Below the pieces are notes generated by a model. That model was not told the DNA's origin, made no database searches, and saw nothing but the letters and a program-made list of their open reading frames with translations. A stretch of 64,000 nucleotides of DNA, taken from positions 1,951-65,950 of the IMG/VR virus record IMGVR_UViG_3300025575_000013. One strand, given 5' to 3'. The translations under genes and the position numbers were made by a program. This document shows, piece by piece, positions 47,967 to 56,376 of the stretch. Position 1 is the stretch's first letter. Every line of letters starts with the position of its first letter. Source of the DNA: a virus (Duplodnaviria > Caudoviricetes).

Positions 47967-48319
47967 AATAAAATAAGATGAAAGTAGTAATTAACAAATG
48001 TTTCGGTGGGTTCTCAATAAGCAGAGAGGCCGCAGTATTAATGTCGTCAATAGGGAGCGAACAGGCTAAGGCTGAATTGGATCAAAGTGTTGATTTTTGG
48101 TATGGATACGGGTATGTAAAAGGATTCGATAATGGGTATTCAAGAGTTGATGAGCATTTAATATACGCAGTGGAAACTCTTGGGGTAAAGGCAAACGGAT
48201 GTTCCGCAAGACTTGTGGTGTTAGAAATACCGGATGGTATAAAATGGAGTATTGATGATTATGACGGAATGGAGTCGATAGAAGAGGAACATAGATCGTG
48301 GTGATATATTTAAATAAAA
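47948..48319 (+). repeat. Perfect 21-bp direct repeat TGGTGATATATTTAAATAAAA flanking one gene
   Basis: 47948-47968 and 48299-48319. Confidence 0.85.
47978..48304 (+). CDS. Conserved-type phage hypothetical protein
   Basis: MKVVIN.CFGGF.IS; R.D..L..AVE.LG..ANG..A.L.V.EIPD...W.IDDYDG.E. Confidence 0.75.
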   Translation: MKVVINKCFGGFSISREAAVLMSSIGSEQAKAELDQSVDFWYGYGYVKGFDNGYSRVDEHLIYAVETLGVKANGCSARLVVLEIPDGIKWSIDDYDGMESIEEEHRSW

Positions 48320-48619
48320 ACAACTAATATGAAAAAAGAAAAATTAGAATTGGAGGATATAACAATATCAGGTTTAAACAAAGACGGGTTCCTAATGGTT
48401 ACGACGTGGACACCGTGTGAGCAAATGTACATCCACAAGGATGATATATCCGCGCTAATCGAATTTTTACAAAACCAACTAAAACAAACCAAACTATGAA
48501 AATTTTAAATGAACGACCAACCGGAATGTCGGTTATTGATTATCACGCTGAACAATCAGCGTTTAAAAAGTGGCTAAAATTTTACAAAAAAGGTAGATTA
48601 ATGCAATGGATTATCAAAA

Positions 48620-48919
48620 ATGGAATTAAAACCTTGGAGTATGCCTGACCCATTCATCCTGCTCAAATATTACGATCCAAATATACCATCGGAGGAATAT
48701 GCCAGATATAGCCAAGTCGGATGGAGTCAAGTCTTGCCTCTCTTGCGCAAATTAAAACCAGATTACAGTAATTTCCCCCAGGGCGAACGACTGTCACGTG
48801 AACAATTCGAATCGAGTAAAACGGGGTGCACATTGGTTAGGCAAAACGACTCCGGTGAAGTATGGGAATATGGTGACTTCGGTAACAAATTTAAACGTGC
48901 GAAGTATGACTCCATTTGA
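48620..48919 (+). CDS. Hypothetical protein
   Basis: 99 aa. Confidence 0.5.
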   Translation: MELKPWSMPDPFILLKYYDPNIPSEEYARYSQVGWSQVLPLLRKLKPDYSNFPQGERLSREQFESSKTGCTLVRQNDSGEVWEYGDFGNKFKRAKYDSI

Positions 48920-49196
48920 TTTATTACCCGCGATTAAGTCAGTTTTTGGGCTAACGATTGCTGACATAACTGGCCGGTCTCGGTCTGATGATGTAAATTA
49001 TGCAAGGCGGGTTTATGTCTATATATTGCTGAACGATTTTTCCCTATCGGTTGACGGAGTAGCCTCTTTAATTAAACGGGACTCGACATCGGTATATTGG
49101 TACAAGAACAATATGGATGGGTGGGTAAAATGGGATAAAAAGTTTGCCGAACTATTAAAAAGTGTTAAATATCAGGCGAATAACTTGCAGATGTGA
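48906..49196 (+). CDS. DnaA domain IV-like HTH protein
   Basis: VFGLT..DI.GRSR...V..AR....Y........S....A....RD.TSV; start reassigned to ATG 48906. Confidence 0.65.
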   Translation: MTPFDLLPAIKSVFGLTIADITGRSRSDDVNYARRVYVYILLNDFSLSVDGVASLIKRDSTSVYWYKNNMDGWVKWDKKFAELLKSVKYQANNLQM

Positions 49197-49234
49197 CATT
49201 AATTTTGTAAATTTGTAGAAAAAAAACTAATAAG

Positions 49235-50401
49235 ATGGAAAAGAGTGAATTTGAACAGGACTATAAGTCTATGGTAAGGAAGCTGTTTAAAATACGGTTA
49301 ATGGAGCTTGGGTTAGCAGCGACGTCTGATTTTTACGATTTATCCGCAAGGGTTAGCCCATGTGCTACATGTATTTTAAAAACAGTGGAGTTTTCACCTA
49401 AACCCGGAGACTTAGTAACCGTTATCAGTCCCCGTGGAAAAAGTATGTTTTTATATAAATCTGGTGATTGTAAAAGAGGCGGAGATTCAAATGGTTTTGC
49501 AGTTTTACACAGAGACGGTGGGTTTCTCTCTGGATTGGGTATTTGGGATAAGTTTAACGATACCGACGATTGGCATTTATCCACCAAATCAGAACGTTGC
49601 GAATTTATTGACGCCATGGTGAAGGCTGGGTATAGATGGAATGCGAAGAAGTTAAAGTTGAGTAAGGTTGAGAGTGGGTTTAAAATTGGTGATTTCGTGT
49701 ATTGGAGTGGTAACAACCCCCGACCTGCAATCATCCTAAGACATTGCCACAGCTTCTCAGATAGTTGGGTTTTATGCGGCATAAACAATTTAGATGGAAA
49801 CAATTCATCTGCTTCTGAGAAACATTTACGTTTAGCAACAGAAACCGAAAAGAGGCAACTAATTGATCTATTACACTCCACTGGAAAGGATTGGGATGCT
49901 GTTAATAAAGAGATAGTTGAACTGAAATTTGCCCCCAGAGACGGAGATTTTATCCTTACCGACCGTGGTTTTTTAGCTATATTTAAGGGTAATAAGGTTC
50001 CATCTACTGGTAATGAATTTGAGTTTTATTATCATTCAATGCTTTACGACTTAGGGTCTACGGTTCAATTAGATGATTGGTGTGCCGCTAAGCCTTCCAG
50101 GATAATGACAGATGGTGAGAAGCAAATTTTTACTAATAAATTGGCAGAAAAAGGTAAGAATTGGAATCCGGAAACTAAACGAATCGAACCGATTAAGTGG
50201 AGGGCTGAAAAAGGAGGGATATACTGGCAATCATTTTGTAATGCAAATAACGGAGACACCGAATATAGACCACACGCCTCTACTGAAAATAGAGATCCGT
50301 TTGACAATGCTATTTACACCCAGGGAGATTACCATAAAACAGAAGAGGATTGCCAACGTTTTTGTAACGCGCTGAATTTAACTATTAAAAACTTTAAATA
50401 A
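49235..50401 (+). CDS. Protein built of tandem repeated modules
   Basis: Three units of F.P..GD....-...(A/S)T..E...L...L...G..WN; TAAATTTG promoter element at 49208. Confidence 0.65.
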   Translation: MEKSEFEQDYKSMVRKLFKIRLMELGLAATSDFYDLSARVSPCATCILKTVEFSPKPGDLVTVISPRGKSMFLYKSGDCKRGGDSNGFAVLHRDGGFLSGLGIWDKFNDTDDWHLSTKSERCEFIDAMVKAGYRWNAKKLKLSKVESGFKIGDFVYWSGNNPRPAIILRHCHSFSDSWVLCGINNLDGNNSSASEKHLRLATETEKRQLIDLLHSTGKDWDAVNKEIVELKFAPRDGDFILTDRGFLAIFKGNKVPSTGNEFEFYYHSMLYDLGSTVQLDDWCAAKPSRIMTDGEKQIFTNKLAEKGKNWNPETKRIEPIKWRAEKGGIYWQSFCNANNGDTEYRPHASTENRDPFDNAIYTQGDYHKTEEDCQRFCNALNLTIKNFK

Positions 50402-50402
50402 A

Positions 50403-50936
50403 ATGGCCGAACAAATCATGCGACACTATCGGGAAGGTGGCAAGTTAACACATTCGGGGGTTGAGATCCTCCCTAACGGAAAAGATATTGACTACATTGT
50501 GATAAAAGAGGTAAAATGGTCTGAAACGGAAGAGGTAAATGGAAACGCCAAACCATGTTTTATAGCGGTCTTTGATAAGAATCTATATACTGACCGTCCG
50601 ATGGTACTAAATGCCAAGAACAAAAAGACCCTACTAACCCTGACAAAAAAGGACGAATATGGCCTGGAAACAATTAAAAACCTTCCAGTCCATTTAACTA
50701 AAGAATCAACCAAGATGGGGTTAGGTTTACGAATCAGCCTCATTCCCGCTAAAAAAGCAGGTGTTGACCCGGAGAAAAAGGCAAGACTCGATGTCAATAG
50801 CCCAAACTTTGAAGCTATTTTAACCTGGCTAACCTCCGATCCAGAACATACTATTGATACTGCTACCAAAAAATACGACGTATCACCAGAAGCATTAGCT
50901 TCATTAAAAAAAGCAAAAGATGAGTCAAACAAGTAA
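50403..50936 (+). CDS. Putative ssDNA-binding/annealing partner of the exonuclease
   Basis: OB-like N-part (PMVLNA.N.K), low-complexity linker, small C-terminal domain; upstream of the YqaJ-like nuclease. Confidence 0.4.
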   Translation: MAEQIMRHYREGGKLTHSGVEILPNGKDIDYIVIKEVKWSETEEVNGNAKPCFIAVFDKNLYTDRPMVLNAKNKKTLLTLTKKDEYGLETIKNLPVHLTKESTKMGLGLRISLIPAKKAGVDPEKKARLDVNSPNFEAILTWLTSDPEHTIDTATKKYDVSPEALASLKKAKDESNK

Positions 50937-51108
50937 CAGTGGGAGTAGCGGATTTTTATCACTTTTATTAGTGGCATCTATCGTCCTTAAATTAACAAAT
51001 GTAATCACATGGTCTTGGTGGTGGGTTATGGCTCCGTTTTGGGGAGGAATAGTATTGGCTGTATTTGTATTTGCAGGAATTATAATTTATCACATAATAA
51101 GGAAATAG
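50920..51108 (+). CDS. Small two-helix membrane protein
   Basis: IVLKLTNVITWSWWWV.AP.WGG. Confidence 0.65.
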   Translation: MSQTSNSGSSGFLSLLLVASIVLKLTNVITWSWWWVMAPFWGGIVLAVFVFAGIIIYHIIRK

Positions 51109-51109
51109 C

Positions 51110-51823
51110 ATGGACGAAAGAGAAAAAAGGTGGAAGCAGGCCAGATGTGAAAATATAACATCATCCCCATTAGCTAAATTAAACACAAAAGGAACAAAAG
51201 GTCGACTTTGGGGAGATCAGGCTTGCAAATATTTATGGGAAAAAATATATGAGCGGCGTAGGCATAAGCCAGTACGAAACGAGGATAATAAAAACTTCCG
51301 GTGGGGACATGAACAACAACCAATAGCTATAGCTTGGCTTAGGGAGAATACGATGTGGAATGTTTTTGACTGCGAGTGTGATGGAGATGAAATAACATTC
51401 GTAAAACCGTGGAGCGATGTTAGGTATGGGGATTCTCCAGATTTCTACGTAATGGGTGACAATGGGAAAATAGAGGCCATCGGGGAAATTAAATGTGTTG
51501 TATCACAGGCTAAATTTGAGGAATATACATTATCGACCCCTGCTGATTTAATTGACGAATATAAGGAGCAATTGGCCGCACACTTAATGGCTCATCCGGG
51601 AGTTGATTTATTGTATTACGTTATTTACGATGGGCTATCGGTTGATGATGAATTGGATTTTGTCGACGTAATGGATGCGAGTAGGGGTATAATAGTAAAA
51701 TACACACGCGAAGATTTTGGAGACTTAATACCGGAGTTGGAAGTTAGAATACGTGAGGCAGACGCTGCGGTTAATGAGGCGATAAGATTAGGGGTAAAAA
51801 TAGAGAGTATATTAAATAATTAA
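51110..51823 (+). CDS. YqaJ / lambda-exonuclease family recombination nuclease
   Basis: R...ITSS; WGHEQQP.A; GDSPD; GEIKC; Y..Q. Confidence 0.85.
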   Translation: MDEREKRWKQARCENITSSPLAKLNTKGTKGRLWGDQACKYLWEKIYERRRHKPVRNEDNKNFRWGHEQQPIAIAWLRENTMWNVFDCECDGDEITFVKPWSDVRYGDSPDFYVMGDNGKIEAIGEIKCVVSQAKFEEYTLSTPADLIDEYKEQLAAHLMAHPGVDLLYYVIYDGLSVDDELDFVDVMDASRGIIVKYTREDFGDLIPELEVRIREADAAVNEAIRLGVKIESILNN

Positions 51824-51989
51824 AAACGATGAAACAAGCGACTGGATATTTTATATCATTATTTGGATTTATAATATTATTTACGTCATTTATTCCAGCC
51901 ATAATTGTATCTATTCTAGTCTGGGACAACGAGCCCATAAATGATGTATATGAGATGGTTGACAAGTATGTGCATAAATTTTTATAACA

Positions 51990-52883
51990 ATGGAAGGATT
52001 TCAAAAATATCAACATATAGAAAGGCTCGGAACACAGGAGACTTACGGTATCCTATATGGAATGGTTTGGGTTTTTCCGAAAATAGATGGAACTAATTCG
52101 CAATTATGGCTATCGTCTGATTGCGTGATACATGGTGGTAGCAGGAATAGAGAATTGGAATTTGACTCCGATAACGCTGGATTCTTTAAATGGGCTTGCG
52201 CGGAAACAAAATTCTTTAACTTTTTTGAAATATACCCAAACCTTCGCCTTTATGGAGAATGGCTCGTACCTCATACATTAAAGACATATACCGAAGAAGC
52301 CTGGCGTAATTTTTACGTTTTTGACGTTATGCGAGAAGATGGCTCCTATTTATCTTACGATGAATACCAGCCATTAATGGAGGAATATGGGATCGAATAT
52401 ATTCCACCAATTTGCAAAGTTGAAAATCCTACAATTGAGCGTATCCAAAACCAACTTGAAAAGAATGGATACTTAATTAAGGACGGAATGGGTATCGGTG
52501 AAGGTATTGTAATTAAAAACTATGATTACCAAAACAAATATGGTAGGATTACCTGGGCTAAAATTGTCGCAAATGAATTTAAGGCTGCTCACAGTAAAAA
52601 AGAGGTGACCGAAATAAAGGAGCGCACCCAGGTAGAACAGGCTATTGTTGATAAATACGTGACGTTGGAATTGTGTGAAAAAGAATATGCAAAAATAGAG
52701 GTGCTGGAGGGCGAATGGACTACAAAAATGATACCTCGCCTCCTTAATACTGTCTATTTCTGCCTTGTATCTGAGGAATCCTGGAATTTCGTAAAAGAAT
52801 TTAAAAATCCGATAGTCGATTTTAAAAGATTATCGTATCTTTGCAATGAGAGAGTAAAATTATTAATGACTAATTTATTTTAA
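51990..52883 (+). CDS. ATP-dependent RNA ligase (Rnl2-like)
   Basis: Motif I PKIDGTN; LYGEW; FYVFDV; EGIVIK; WAK. Confidence 0.85.
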   Translation: MEGFQKYQHIERLGTQETYGILYGMVWVFPKIDGTNSQLWLSSDCVIHGGSRNRELEFDSDNAGFFKWACAETKFFNFFEIYPNLRLYGEWLVPHTLKTYTEEAWRNFYVFDVMREDGSYLSYDEYQPLMEEYGIEYIPPICKVENPTIERIQNQLEKNGYLIKDGMGIGEGIVIKNYDYQNKYGRITWAKIVANEFKAAHSKKEVTEIKERTQVEQAIVDKYVTLELCEKEYAKIEVLEGEWTTKMIPRLLNTVYFCLVSEESWNFVKEFKNPIVDFKRLSYLCNERVKLLMTNLF

Positions 52884-52887
52884 AGTT

Positions 52888-53241
52888 ATGGCACAACAGG
52901 AAATGTATTATTACAACGACACCTTCTATCCAAGTATGGAGGATTTAGCAGAAGGTTTAGAATTAGAAGACGACGAAAATAGCGACGATACTATTTTTAA
53001 GGTAGAAGATTGTGATCTGGAGCCAGTATTTAAACTCGATTCAAGAAAACTATACGAAATGCTTGTCGGCGAATTCGAGGATCGCTCCTCTGAGGATGGA
53101 GACGAATGGGATACCGTGGAAGACTTATTGAAAAAGTATGTAAACTTTGACGAAATTAACGCACGCATTCCAGATTTATGGTTTCCAAACGGAACGTATA
53201 AGGAGTGGACGAAAAAAAAGTTAATAGAATTATACGAATAA
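52888..53241 (+). CDS. Acidic hypothetical protein
   Basis: 117 aa, about 34 D/E versus about 12 K/R. Confidence 0.6.
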   Translation: MAQQEMYYYNDTFYPSMEDLAEGLELEDDENSDDTIFKVEDCDLEPVFKLDSRKLYEMLVGEFEDRSSEDGDEWDTVEDLLKKYVNFDEINARIPDLWFPNGTYKEWTKKKLIELYE

Positions 53242-53245
53242 TAAC

Positions 53246-55015
53246 ATGATAACCCAAAAACAAGTAAAACTAATCGGTGTTCGAGTTCAGAACCACCGAA
53301 ATATTGTAGCCACCCTACTTACTCCAGAAATACTGAGCAAAGATGTAATCAAACTTGTCGGAGTCGAAGGCTCTGGCAAGACATCTGAGTTGGACGCTAT
53401 AACGACAGCTTTTGCTGGAAACGATGCCATTAAATCCAAATCATCCTTGCTTCCTGGTTATTTATCCGAAGTACAACTGTCCGATGGCGACCATAAGATT
53501 TTTCTTGGAGCAAGAATGGCCGTCATAGGACGTGGAGATAATAAAGGCGAGTCTAAGTTTGAAACCTTTCTATTCGAAAAAGGAGCTGACGGAAAGGAAA
53601 AAGACGTAATGATGGACGGTCATAAATGGACAGCCGCAGAGTATCAAAAAGAAATTACTACAAACCTCATCTTCTCCCTACCTAAACTGTTTTCAAAAGT
53701 TTGGTCTGAGCATAACGAACTGATTGAAGGCCTGTTTGCTCCGGAATTAAACAAACTCGGAATAAAAGAAAAGGTTGCAGAGATTCTGGCCGCAAAAGAA
53801 AAGAGGGATTCGGCAAGGGATTATTGTAGCAGGCTGGGGGCGTTTAAGGAAAACTTTGACGATGAGGGACTGAATTTGGACGATCTGGCTGTATTGGTTG
53901 AGGTGGATTTGGATTCACTTCAAGGAGAAATGACTAAATTGGAAGTCGCAAAAGGTAGCTTGGTGTCAAATGCTACGACTCAAACTGAACTTAATAAATC
54001 TCAGGCGCAATCAGTAAGGGATTTAGAGTTGCAAAAAATTAAGGACAAGGCCGGTAGGGATGTTACGGCAATGCGGGAGCTGGCGGACAAAATTAGTGGC
54101 GAATACAGATTAAGTCTTGCCACTTTTAATGAGAAATCAAGTAAGGTAGGCAGCGCGACAGAGTCACTAAACGAGACATTGGAAGAAGTTAGACATCTTC
54201 CTTTCGTATCAGATGGTACATATTTAGATGTTAAAAATATTTTGGATAACTCATACGGGGAATATAAGAAACTAAATGATTCAGGTATTTGTCCCATACA
54301 GCCTATCCTCCCAACTTTCTCCACCGATGGTATACCAACTATCCCAGAAAATGTATCGCCAGAATTTGAGCCTTATATCAAGTCACGGAATACCCTCTTG
54401 CTGGAATACTCAACCCTAAAAGAATCAGAGCTTATTTTTGAGACAGTTAATCCGGAAAATACATCTGAATACGACAAAAAGATTGCCGACAAAAAGGCCG
54501 AAATCGACCGTGCCAGAATTAATAACAAGAATTACGACCGATACACGACGTGGGCAGATTGGATTGACAAAAAGAACCTATACGAAAGCAGAATTGACGA
54601 ACTCCGTAGGCTATATGCTTCGGTTAACACTGGCGTAGACGGGTTACGTATTGTTCCCACCGAGGAGTCTGGGCGTGTTCGTTGCTGGATGGAATACAAC
54701 GGTGTTTATGATAAGGGATTCTTTGGTAATACGACAGGTGAATCTCGTAGATTGTTTGAATATTCAGGTGCGCAAATGGGAATCATTGCCGTCTTGTTGC
54801 AGGCTGCACGGTTAGACTTGAAAGACAAAGCACTGCGATTGGTTATCTTACAGGCTGTCCCGATGACGAGTAAAGGTTTGGCTATATTAGCCAAGGTATG
54901 CGATGAGAAAAAAGTACAGTTGATTACAGACCAGACTGATGAGCATTACGACTTGAATAGTTTGGATGATTCGACTGTGGTTATGGAAAACGGTGAGGTG
55001 TTTTTTAATAAATAG
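53246..55015 (+). CDS. SMC/Rad50-like coiled-coil ATPase with degenerate Walker B
   Basis: GVEGSGKTS; long coiled coil; YSGAQ signature; LVILQAVP where hhhhDE is expected. Confidence 0.7.
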   Translation: MITQKQVKLIGVRVQNHRNIVATLLTPEILSKDVIKLVGVEGSGKTSELDAITTAFAGNDAIKSKSSLLPGYLSEVQLSDGDHKIFLGARMAVIGRGDNKGESKFETFLFEKGADGKEKDVMMDGHKWTAAEYQKEITTNLIFSLPKLFSKVWSEHNELIEGLFAPELNKLGIKEKVAEILAAKEKRDSARDYCSRLGAFKENFDDEGLNLDDLAVLVEVDLDSLQGEMTKLEVAKGSLVSNATTQTELNKSQAQSVRDLELQKIKDKAGRDVTAMRELADKISGEYRLSLATFNEKSSKVGSATESLNETLEEVRHLPFVSDGTYLDVKNILDNSYGEYKKLNDSGICPIQPILPTFSTDGIPTIPENVSPEFEPYIKSRNTLLLEYSTLKESELIFETVNPENTSEYDKKIADKKAEIDRARINNKNYDRYTTWADWIDKKNLYESRIDELRRLYASVNTGVDGLRIVPTEESGRVRCWMEYNGVYDKGFFGNTTGESRRLFEYSGAQMGIIAVLLQAARLDLKDKALRLVILQAVPMTSKGLAILAKVCDEKKVQLITDQTDEHYDLNSLDDSTVVMENGEVFFNK

Positions 55016-55020
55016 GAAAG

Positions 55021-55200
55021 ATGGATGAAGAAAGCAAAATTAGTATGGAAGAAATAAGAGCTTCTATTGAGGATTATGATCCTTGGCCTAATTTAAATTG
55101 GGGAGAATCACCCTCTGATAATGTTTTGGATTACGACGATGAGCTTGACGGCTACGATTATGATGAAGATTTCTACGACACCAATTCTACTCATATATGA
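55021..55200 (+). CDS. Very acidic small protein (59 aa)
   Basis: Read by hand: MDEESKISMEEIRASIEDYDPWPNLNWGESPSDNVLDYDDELDGYDYDEDFYDTNSTHI; ATGA-coupled to the next gene. Confidence 0.6.
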   Translation: MDEESKISMEEIRASIEDYDPWPNLNWGESPSDNVLDYDDELDGYDYDEDFYDTNSTHI

Positions 55201-55385
55201 CCCCAGAACAAACAAATTTTATCTCCTACTGCCAGGCGGAGCGTGAAAAGTTTATCCGGCGATTTACCAAAAAACCCAGAAATGGATGGGAACGAGTTAT
55301 GGCCGAAGATATGGTTATATGTGTTGAGAATATTATTAATGAATTAAAAAAGGAATATGATTCGAGACAGCCAGCAAATAATTGA
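55197..55385 (+). CDS. Hypothetical protein
   Basis: 62 aa. Confidence 0.5.
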   Translation: MTPEQTNFISYCQAEREKFIRRFTKKPRNGWERVMAEDMVICVENIINELKKEYDSRQPANN

Positions 55386-55626
55386 TCTAATTCTAACCCG
55401 TCATAACCAAACCATAGAGGTTGTGACGGGTAGAATCCAAACGAAGCAGGTTTCAAATTGTCGCGCTCTGATTTATGCCGGCTTACTCAGATACTCCGAA
55501 TTAAGTCTGGATGATGTGGTTAAAATGTTTAATCGAAGCCAAAACTCTGTTTCGGTTCAGGTTAATAGGATTACGAAAACGGAGGAATGGAAAGAGGTTC
55601 AGAAATTAATAATTGGGATTAAATGA
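55357..55626 (+). CDS. Second DnaA domain IV-like protein
   Basis: II..I......I....G.......S..R.L....L..YS..SL..V...FNRS..SV...V.RI. Confidence 0.5.
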   Translation: MIRDSQQIIDLILTRHNQTIEVVTGRIQTKQVSNCRALIYAGLLRYSELSLDDVVKMFNRSQNSVSVQVNRITKTEEWKEVQKLIIGIK

Positions 55627-55786
55627 AAAACCCACTAATTGACTCTATGTCTAGATGTAAGCCGTTAATGGATACTTTGAAATATTGGGCCAGTGCAGAA
55701 TATGCAGAGTCCATAATGGCGGAATCTAAAAAATACTACGGAAATCCAATAGTTTATGTGCGAAGTGAACCAATAAAAAGAATAAA

Positions 55787-56005
55787 ATGACACCGAAAGA
55801 AAAAGCCGAAGAGTTATTGGAAAAAATGCATAAGTGTTTATTTTCTGATGGGTTATATGATGCAAAACAATGTTCTATGGTCGCCGTAGAGGAAGTTGTA
55901 GATCAGTGGGACTATATAGACACCTATCTTGGGGATGGAAGAGGAGAATTGAATCCAAATTTAAGGTGGTGGCAGGAGGTTAAAAAGGAATTGGAAAAAC
56001 TATGA
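55787..56005 (+). CDS. Hypothetical protein
   Basis: MTPKEKAEEL...AKQC...AV.E....WW.EVK.E.EKL. Confidence 0.6.
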   Translation: MTPKEKAEELLEKMHKCLFSDGLYDAKQCSMVAVEEVVDQWDYIDTYLGDGRGELNPNLRWWQEVKKELEKL

Positions 56006-56376
56006 AAATAACAAATATAAACCCACTTTACCCAACTATCATCTATCACAATGGGGATAAATTTACGTACGAGGGAAATATATATGAGGTTATTGGATTA
56101 TTCCCTGGTGGATATAGTTTTTCGGACGCCCATTCACAGAAAAAGAATACACTTTTAAAAATAGTTAATTTAAATAAAATGGGAGCTAAAACTTTTCAGG
56201 ACGCATTAGATGCAAAAGCCGAATTAGAGGGCGAAATAGGCCATTCTATAGTTAAATTTGAAAAAGAATTTGGAATCAAAGTCTGTTCAATTTGGCTGGA
56301 ACATCGTGAATTTAAGGCAGAGCGGGGAGCATTAATAGTGTCAGAGGTAGGAGTTAGCGCAGAAATAAAACTTTGA
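56002..56376 (+). CDS. Hypothetical protein
   Basis: 124 aa, coupled. Confidence 0.5.
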   Translation: MKITNINPLYPTIIYHNGDKFTYEGNIYEVIGLFPGGYSFSDAHSQKKNTLLKIVNLNKMGAKTFQDALDAKAELEGEIGHSIVKFEKEFGIKVCSIWLEHREFKAERGALIVSEVGVSAEIKL

